Assembly: GCA_964106915.2 (NCBI GenBank)
Contig: OZ066921.1
DNA length: 64,000 nucleotides
Strand: one strand, 5' to 3'
DNA from: Podarcis gaigeae
Taxonomy: Eukaryota
Below the pieces are notes generated by a model. The model was not told the DNA's origin, did not search any database, and worked only from the letters and a program-made list of their open reading frames with translations. The position numbers and the translations under genes were made by a program. This document shows positions 56,968 to 64,000 of the stretch, in pieces (the stretch's first letter is position 1; each line of letters starts with the position of its first letter).

Positions 56968-59900
56968 GTGACTCTGGCTCCCCAGTGGTTGGCATTCAGG
57001 GGTAGACTGCCCGTGCACTTGAGGGCTCCACCTGGCACCCATTTGACAGGTCTCCACCTCTGTGAGGTTTTAATGGCATCTTAGCCATTGTCTGACCCCA
57101 GATCTTGTGGCCTTGAGTTCCACAAGCTAGTTCTTTCCTCCGTGAAGTAATATTAGCTTATCCAGGCACAGCTGAGCTCACAGTGGCAGAGAGCCCTTTG
57201 GCTCCGCTGAGGCTGGGAATTGGAGCCCCAAAGAATTGCTTCCCTGGGGGATGCCCTGGCTAAACAGCTACTTGCTGGGCATTCTTTGGGGCACGAGGCT
57301 GGGTGGCACACTGACTCACCAAGCCTCTCTGTACTTTACTTCTGTAATCAGGAGGTATATCAGTCAGTGTTTGGGGTTTCTGGCTGCAAAGTTCTCCAGT
57401 CTGAGCCCAGCACAGGTTCATCGTGTGTGTGATTCCTCCCAGCTAAACTTTGTGTATGTGTGTTAAAAGGAGGCCATTGACACCCAGAGCCTACAAGAAA
57501 CACCTTTCCTTAAACCAGAAAACTGTTCAGGATTGCTTCTTGGTTTAGGGGTCCTGCACCTTCCCCTTACCTATGACTTATCTCTCCAGGTCATTGCTGG
57601 CCACGATACGAGGATCCCAGAGGCGCTCTGCTGGGCAGCAGGAGACCGGCTCTTTGGTGCAGGTCTCAGTGGCGAAATTGTTGAATACAACTTGGAGAAG
57701 CTGAATGTCAAATATTCGTTGGATGCTTTTGGAGGTCCTATCTGGAGCATGGTGACTGATCCAACTGGGACTCAATTGGCGGTAGGTGCCCCTAGTATCC
57801 CAGAGAGGGGCAGCTTGAAAATGTGGTAATGAAGTCTTGTGCTAGCAAGAGAACATCCCTTAGAGGAGGGAATAGCACTTGATGATTTAGAACAATAAGG
57901 GGTGTAGATTCAGGTAAGTAGCCTCCCTTTCCTATAAATTCCTATAAATTCTAATTGTTATTAATACAAAATACCTTTTACTTATGGTCACCAATCTAAG
58001 CAATGCACTTTACTATACATCATTTGATATCTGTAATAACTAGTAATTTTGCTGTATACACTTTGACCAGGAGGGTTTATTTCACATGCACATTAGGAGA
58101 AGCTTATTGATAGTGCAGTTTGACAGTTGGATCAGTTATCTGCGGGGGTGGGCACTCCCTTGTCTCGGGTGTCTTCCAACTAGACAGCCATCTCTCTCTA
58201 GGGGATGCTCCTGCTCTCTGGATTTCCAACATCAATCGGGGGTTTGGATTAAACAGCTTATAAAGCTCCCTCCAGCTCTTCAATTTTCTGCATTTCATTC
58301 TCTTCTTCACTCAGTGTCCTGCTTCCTGAGGCTTAAATTTTTTCCTTGTGAGAAGGTACTTTTACAGCACCAGCTTGGCATCTGTTTCTGTGTTTGTGTC
58401 ATTGATAATCTTGTGTAGTTCGGTCAGTCAGAGCTCAAATTATTGGGCAAAGCCCTCGACTCTTGGCTGTCTACCAGACAGGACTCTGAACAGGCTACTG
58501 ACCCTCTCTCTTGTTCTTACAGCTTGGTTGTGATGATGGATCCATTAAGCTCTTCAACATCTTACCAGATAGAATCGAGTTTGAGAGGCAGCTGGACCGA
58601 CAGAAAGGTTGGTTGTGGGTGGGGGTGCATGTGGGGGTCATGATGACCAACAGGATGAGCTCTGAGTCCATGTGCAGGAGGGGTAAAGGTAAAGGGACCC
58701 CTGACCATTAGGTCCAGTTGTGGCCGACTCTGGAGTTGCGGCGCTCATCTCACTTTATTGGCCGAGGGAGCCAGCGTACAGCTTCCGGGTCATGTGGCCA
58801 GCAGGACTAAGCCGCTTCTGGCGAACCAGAGCAGCACACGGAAATGCTGTTTACCTTCCCACCAGAGCAGTACCTATTTATCTACTTGCACTTTTACGTG
58901 CTTTTGAACTGCTAGGTTGCCAGGAGCAAGGGCTGAGCAACGGGAGCTCACCCCGTTGCAGGGATTCGAACCACCAACCTTTTGATCGGCAAGCCGTAGG
59001 CTCTGTGGTTTAACCCACAGCGCCACCCGCGTCCCTTGCAGGAGGGGTAGGGAGCCTGATTTCTTGTTGCTTGCAGAGGAAATGAGTTTGAGTCTTGGTA
59101 CGTCTTATATCTGAGACTCTCCTCTTCTGCCCCACCTTACCTTATAGGACGCACCATGTCCCTTTCCTGGCATCCATCAGGGACCAAGATCGTAGCTGGC
59201 TCCACTAACATCATCCGTGTCTTTGATGTCAAATCAGGTGAGTTCTGGAGTTAGGCATGTTTTATGCTGGGGCCAGGAATATGGTGTGTGTGTGTATGTG
59301 TCATTAGCTCATCCAAACAAGCTTCACCTTCATGATTTTGGTCTGTGGTGGCCATTAAGAATCAAGGACTGCACCCTCTTGACTGTGTCCCTTCCATACA
59401 CCCAGGTTCAATGGCAAGGAGAGGGCTGGCTTGCCCAAAGCTGGTGAACTCCCTTCCATTAGAGAGGGACCCATAATTCAGTGACAGAGCACATGTTTTG
59501 CAATCTAAAGATGTTAGGTTCAATTCCTGGCACCTCCACTTTGATGGCACATTATGGGAAAGAGCCTCTGCTCTGCCTGGAGAGCTGGGTTTGCCAGCCT
59601 TCTGTGGCCTGTGGGCATATTTACATACTGCAGAAACTCTTGCAGGCATCATATACATGCTGTAGCATATTCTGTTGCAGGTGTGGGGAACCTTTAGTCT
59701 CCCAGATGTGGCTGAGCTACAACTCCCATCAGCCCCAGCTAGCATGGCCAGTTGCCGGGGGTGATGGGAGTTATACTTCAGCAACATCTGGAGGGCCAGA
59801 GTTTCCTCACACCTCTTCTGTTGGCTACAACAGGGTGCTTCTTTCAGTCCTCATTTCAGCAGGAGGAGGAACCCTGGGTAGGCAGAGGTGCACCCACTGG

Positions 59901-61848
59901 TGCCATGTTGGTGACCCTCCCCATAGCGCCCTGTAAGCATTTGAGCAAAGGGGCTTTCCTCAAGGCCTTGTAAAGGCCTGGTTGGTTTGGGGTGACTGTT
60001 GGCAGCTGAGGCTAAGCAGACCCTGAGCGAGCCTGGTGCCTCCTTTGCAGGCCATGCTGTCCAGCGGATCCTCGTGGACCGGTGCTTCAAAGGGTCCCGC
60101 AAGCGGTTGCCTGTGGTGGTGTGGGACATACTCTTCCTTTCGGATGGCACAATTGTCAGCGCGGACTCTGCTGGGAAGGTGCAGTTCTGGGACTCGGAGA
60201 TGGGGACGCTGCTGTGGAGCCACCCTGTCAGCAAGTCAGCCGTGCTTTGCCTGGCTGGGTCTGAGGTAAGTTGCATGTTAAAGCCAGAGCAGCACTGGGG
60301 GCGGGGGAGGGTTGCAGCGTTTGCTTGAGTTTGACAAGCAGAAAGGAAAGCAGGAGTCACTTATGTGGCAGGACAGGGGGAGTGTGAAATTGAACTGCAG
60401 AATAACAACAGTCCAAGATTTGGAAAGTTGCAACCCAAGGCAAACTTTCTTACTCCTAAGGGGGAAGATAGACAGCTATCTTAGGGGATTGTGTGAGCAG
60501 AGTCCTCATTGGAGTGCAGCTTATTCCCATGCAGCCTTTGCCAACTGTGGCACTGATGGGAGCCGTAGTCCACCAGATCTGGATGGTCCCAGGTTGGCGT
60601 AGGTTGCTCTTGAACTCTTGGCCCTGTGATAATATGATGCCAGCTATCAGAAATTCATTTAAATCAAGACTTTGTGGCAGATAAAAGCACTTTGTGTGTT
60701 ATCCAGAGCCTCTAAAAGCCTGAGTGTGTATATGTGGCCATTCAGGGAAATGATATTGTTCTGTGCTGAATCTGAGCTTGACTGGGACATCCAGCTGACC
60801 AGTGCTGGTGGCCAGGAGGCTGAGCTTGATGGATCTATGGTCTGAGCCAACATGGCAGCCCATGGTCTGTGTAATGTGACTTCAGTGTGCGTCAGTTCAC
60901 TTATTTTTATTGCATGAGGTTCTGCATCGACCTGTTCTCTGCCATTAATACTTCCTCCCTGCAAACCTTTAGCTTGCCCAACTTTCTCCACAGGCAGAAG
61001 ACAGTATTTTGGTTGGCACTTCGGAGGGGATGGTATATCAGTTCCAGCTGCTACCGGTTAAGCTAGACAGTGCTGAGCTCCAGTGGGTGCGAACAAGGCC
61101 CTTTAAGCACCACACCCATGATGTGCGGACAGTAGCACATCTTGCAACAGCATTCATCTCTGGAGGTAGAGTTCACTGCAGTCGTGTGTGTGTGTGTGTT
61201 TGATTGCTTTGTGGTAAAGTACCTGCTTTGCATACAGAAGTTCATGGGTTCCATCCCCAGATGCCCATTTAAAAAGGACCACGTAGGTAGGAGGTGATGG
61301 GAAAGGCCTCCCTCTGCCTCCTGAGACCAAGTCAAAGTAGACAACATTGGTCCAAGTCACTGGTCTTCAACTAATGGGTCACTGTCTGATCCAAGGTGGG
61401 TCACAACATGAGCACTTCCACTATGCAAATACAGTGGTACCTCTGGATGCGAACGGGATCCATTCCGGAGCCCCGTTCGCATCCTGAAGCGAACGTAAGA
61501 TGCGCGTGCGCGGGTCGCGTTTCACTGTGCATGCACGTGACGTCATTTTGAGTGTCTGTCCATGCACAAGCAGTGAAACCCGGAAGTAACACGCTCCGTT
61601 ACTTCCGGGTCGCTGTGAAGCGCAACCTGAAAATATTTAAGCTGAATTGTATTCATCCCTAGGTATGACTGTATATGGCAAATGATTAAGGAATTGGTCC
61701 CCAAAACATATTTGGGTTAAAAGCAGGCCCTTGGTGTGAGAAGGTTGAAAACGACTGGTCTAGGAGAACCAGTAGTCTGATCTGGTGTGTGCACATACTG
61801 CCTATAGAAGGTGCTGTAATCTGTTGCATCTTGACCTGGTTTGCCCAT

Positions 61849-61896
<48 letters not shown>

Positions 61897-63863
61897 TATC
61901 CCAGTTTTTGCTCCCAAGTTGCTCAAGGTAGTGCATCTGGTTCTCCTTCTCATTTAATCCTCACAACAACCCTCTGAGGTAGGTTAGGCTAAGAGATAGT
62001 GACTGACTGAAGGCCACCCAGCGATCTTTATGGCCGAGTGGGGATTTGTAACCACTATCCCACCCTGGCTTTTTCCCTTCTCATTTAGGTCTGGACGGGG
62101 AACTTGTGATCCGACAATTCATGGAGAATTTGGATCCCAAGTCTCATGAATCTACCCTCCAGAGAGTCACCTTCCCTCACGTGAGTAGCGGGATTGGCGC
62201 CTGCTATCTAGCAATGCCTTCTCTTCTCACAGATGGCTTCTCATAGCTTCTTCCTTCCTACAGTGGTCCTGTGCACTAGAAGGACGCAGGGGCAAGCCAT
62301 GCACACTCTGCTCCCCACCCCACTTCTCACCTGCCACTTCTTTTCCCTCTCGCAGAGGTGCCTTGTCTCCTGTGCCCGGATAGCCCGCCTCCTCCTCTTG
62401 CAATACCCAAAACATCTGGAGCTTTGGCGACTTGGAGCCACCAACACAGCAGGTGAGAGCAAACGTTGCTTTCAGAGCCTTGATGGTCTAGTGTGTTTGA
62501 GGTGCCCCTAGAGGAGACATGTCCCTTGGTCACCTGGGCCTGTGTTGAGCTCCAGGCTGCCCTTTCCAGCAGGTGCAGCAAGAGCTTTGGGCTGCTGGGA
62601 AGCTTGGCAGTCCCCTCACATATTAGGACATCCTAGAGAGACTTGATGTGTAAAGATGCTCTTGGTTCTTGTTCCAGGAAAGGATGGTGAAGTCCTGCCT
62701 GTTTCCTGTCCCCCAGAACACCTTCTCCAGCTCAAGGCCAAGGTGAGGGAGCCATGATTTCTTGTCCCCTCTTGATTGTGGATGCTTCAGATTCTCAACA
62801 TGCCCCGTGGGCATGAATTGTGCAGGAAATATCTCCACTTCAGATACAAACAGTTTTGTGCAAAAGCAGGCTATGGGGGTTTTTTTTTAGCATTAGAACA
62901 AAGAGGAGACAGTCTCTTGTGCTCCCTGAAATAAAATGTTTATTTAGCTCAATGCATTTCAGAGTTGAGCCTGCAAATGCTTGCAAATTCCTTGAACCTT
63001 AAAGAGACTTCTTCTGGACACCTGAACTGAAAAGAGCTTCAAAAAATCTACAAGACTTTCTGGATACAGAAATAAGGAAAACATCTTACAGCCTCATAGT
63101 TTAAAACTGCTTTTAGTTCAGGCATACAGTAGTCCCTCAGGTTAAGTACTTAACTCGTTCCGGAGGTCCGTTATTAACCTGAAACTGTTCTTAACCTGAA
63201 GCACCACTTTAGCTAATGGGGCCTCCTGCTGCTGCCACGCTGCTGGAGCACGATTTCTGTTCTTATCCTGAAGCAAAGTTCTTAACCTGAGGTAATATTT
63301 CTGGGTTAGCGGAGTCTGAAGTGTATGTAACCCTAGGTACCACTGTACAGAGTAAGTTTTTGTTTCTTTAAGGATCAAAGAATTTGCAAGCATTCACAGC
63401 TCCTGGTGAAGGAGTTTCAACTCTGAAACATGTTGAACTAAATAAACATCTTATTTCAGGGAGCACCAGAGCCTGTCTCTTCCCTGTTCAGCTGACCCTG
63501 GTGCTTCCCCCTCTGCTTTTCTGCTTGCTATGGTTCCCCTACATCTGCTTAACTGTAGTTGTTCCCAAGCCAACTGAAATCAAGGCAATCTTGCAACATG
63601 TTGATTTTGCTGGGTCTCCAGAGGTGGCAAATCCCACCGTTTCCTGAGGGTGTGGCCACACATGTTCATCTCTCTTAGTCCCCTGTATCTTTTTGGAGGA
63701 ACCTAGCTCAGCTTCTCCCTTCATCTGGATTCCTTCCTAGGACCCTGAGCACATTGCCAGCAGCTGCGTCTCACCCTGTGGCTCCTGGATTGCCTACTCC
63801 ACAACTTCCAGGTTCTATCTGCACCAGGTCCAGCTCAGCAGCGACCATATTGCTATCAAGAGG
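56806..63863 (+). CDS. UTP4: UTP4 (U3 snoRNA-associated protein 4, cirhin), 5' part; exons 56806-56967, 57590-57781, 58523-58607, 59148-59237, 60051-60265, 60994-61165, 62089-62180, 62356-62452, 62678-62742, 63741-63863
   Basis: Ten exons in frame (1293 nt, 431 codons). MVEFEVHRARLFAFVPSGIRC, DAFGGPIWSM, LSDGTIVSADSAGKVQFWD, HHTHDVRTVAH and SPCGSWIAYST match the WD40 protein UTP4. Gene continues past the window. Confidence 0.96.
57590..57781 (+). CDS. UTP4: UTP4 coding exon 2
   Basis: VIAGHDTRIPEALCW...GTQLA, AG/GT boundaries. Confidence 0.93.
58523..58607 (+). CDS. UTP4: UTP4 coding exon 3
   Basis: LGCDDGSIKLF...LDRQK. Confidence 0.92.
58686..59036 (-). mobile_element. Full-length Sauria SINE (Podarcis/lacertid type) in a UTP4 intron
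   Basis: Minus strand starts GGGACGCGGGTGGCGCTGTGGGTTAAACCACAGAGCCTA and ends in an (ACCTTT)-type tail; perfect 13-bp TSD TGCAGGAGGGGTA (58673-58685, 59037-59049). Confidence 0.92.
59148..59237 (+). CDS. UTP4: UTP4 coding exon 4
   Basis: RTMSLSWHPSGTKIVAGS...FDVKS. Confidence 0.93.
60051..60265 (+). CDS. UTP4: UTP4 coding exon 5
   Basis: HAVQRILVDR...VLCLAGSE, GTAAGT donor. Confidence 0.93.
60994..61165 (+). CDS. UTP4: UTP4 coding exon 6
   Basis: AEDSILVGTSEG...TAFISG. Confidence 0.93.
61432..61671. mobile_element. Tc1/mariner-type MITE nested in a hAT-like element (61358-61757)
   Basis: TA flanks; TIR CAGTGGTACCT / AGGTATGACTG; CpG-rich with internal hairpins. Confidence 0.85.
61847..61894. 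repeat. (ATTT)n microsatellite (SINE tail)
   Basis: direct reading. Confidence 0.9.
62089..62180 (+). CDS. UTP4: UTP4 coding exon 7
   Basis: LDGELVIRQFME...RVTFPH, GTGAGT donor. Confidence 0.92.
62356..62452 (+). CDS. UTP4: UTP4 coding exon 8
   Basis: RCLVSCAR...LELWRLGAT. Confidence 0.92.
62678..62742 (+). CDS. UTP4: UTP4 coding exon 9
   Basis: KDGEVLPVSCPPEHLLQLKAK. Confidence 0.9.
63127..63345. mobile_element. Tc1/mariner-type MITE
   Basis: TA flanks; TIR CAGTAGTCCCT / AGGTACCACTG; internal ttaacctga repeats. Confidence 0.85.
63741..63863 (+). CDS. UTP4: UTP4 coding exon 10
   Basis: DPEHIASSCVSPCGSWIAYSTTSRF...IKR, GTGAGT donor. Confidence 0.92.
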
Positions 63864-64000
63864 GTGAGTGAGAATTCTGCAGGGTGGAGACTCTGGCCTG
63901 GGTGTTCTGGTCTGGGGCATGCTAAAGCATCATCCGGGAAAGCTGAATGTTGGGAGATTCTGGACAGACAAAAGGAAGAACTTCTTCACAAGGGCATAGG

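Noticed and set aside
58635-58670. C/D box-like words (ATGATGA...CTGA) in a UTP4 intron, suggesting a snoRNA
   Set aside because: Boxes are under 30 nt apart with no convincing terminal stem or guide; too short for a snoRNA.

Overview
Vertebrate (squamate, most likely lacertid lizard) genomic DNA, judged from a Sauria SINE of the Podarcis type and many tRNA-headed SINEs. The window holds the conserved syntenic block TANGO6 - HAS3 - CHTF8 - UTP4. TANGO6 (+): last 11 coding exons, 1603-34222, 638 aa to the stop. HAS3 (+): complete, 3 coding exons, 46075-50436, 548 aa, with a CpG-island promoter. CHTF8 (-): complete, 3 coding exons, 117 aa. UTP4/CIRH1A (+): first 10 coding exons, runs off the window, shares a compact bidirectional promoter with CHTF8. 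All exons were assembled by hand from GT-AG sites and keep frame. Gene identities rest on my recollection of the human proteins, not on a database search. Introns are full of SINEs, CR1 fragments, and hAT and Tc1/mariner-type MITEs. Most notable observations: (1) an insertion at a TANGO6 splice acceptor whose 23-bp flanking duplication has its spare AG mutated; (2) a frame-compatible candidate mutually exclusive 23-nt micro-exon in TANGO6; (3) a frameshifted DERPC-like remnant behind the CHTF8 stop, where mammals have a long ORF; (4) a palindromic MITE family carrying the ACTACAnnTCCCA motif, including a copy in the HAS3 CpG island; (5) a perfect 26-bp stem in a small HAS3 intron; (6) nested transposons. 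I found no convincing new multi-gene system; the findings are locus-level hypotheses.
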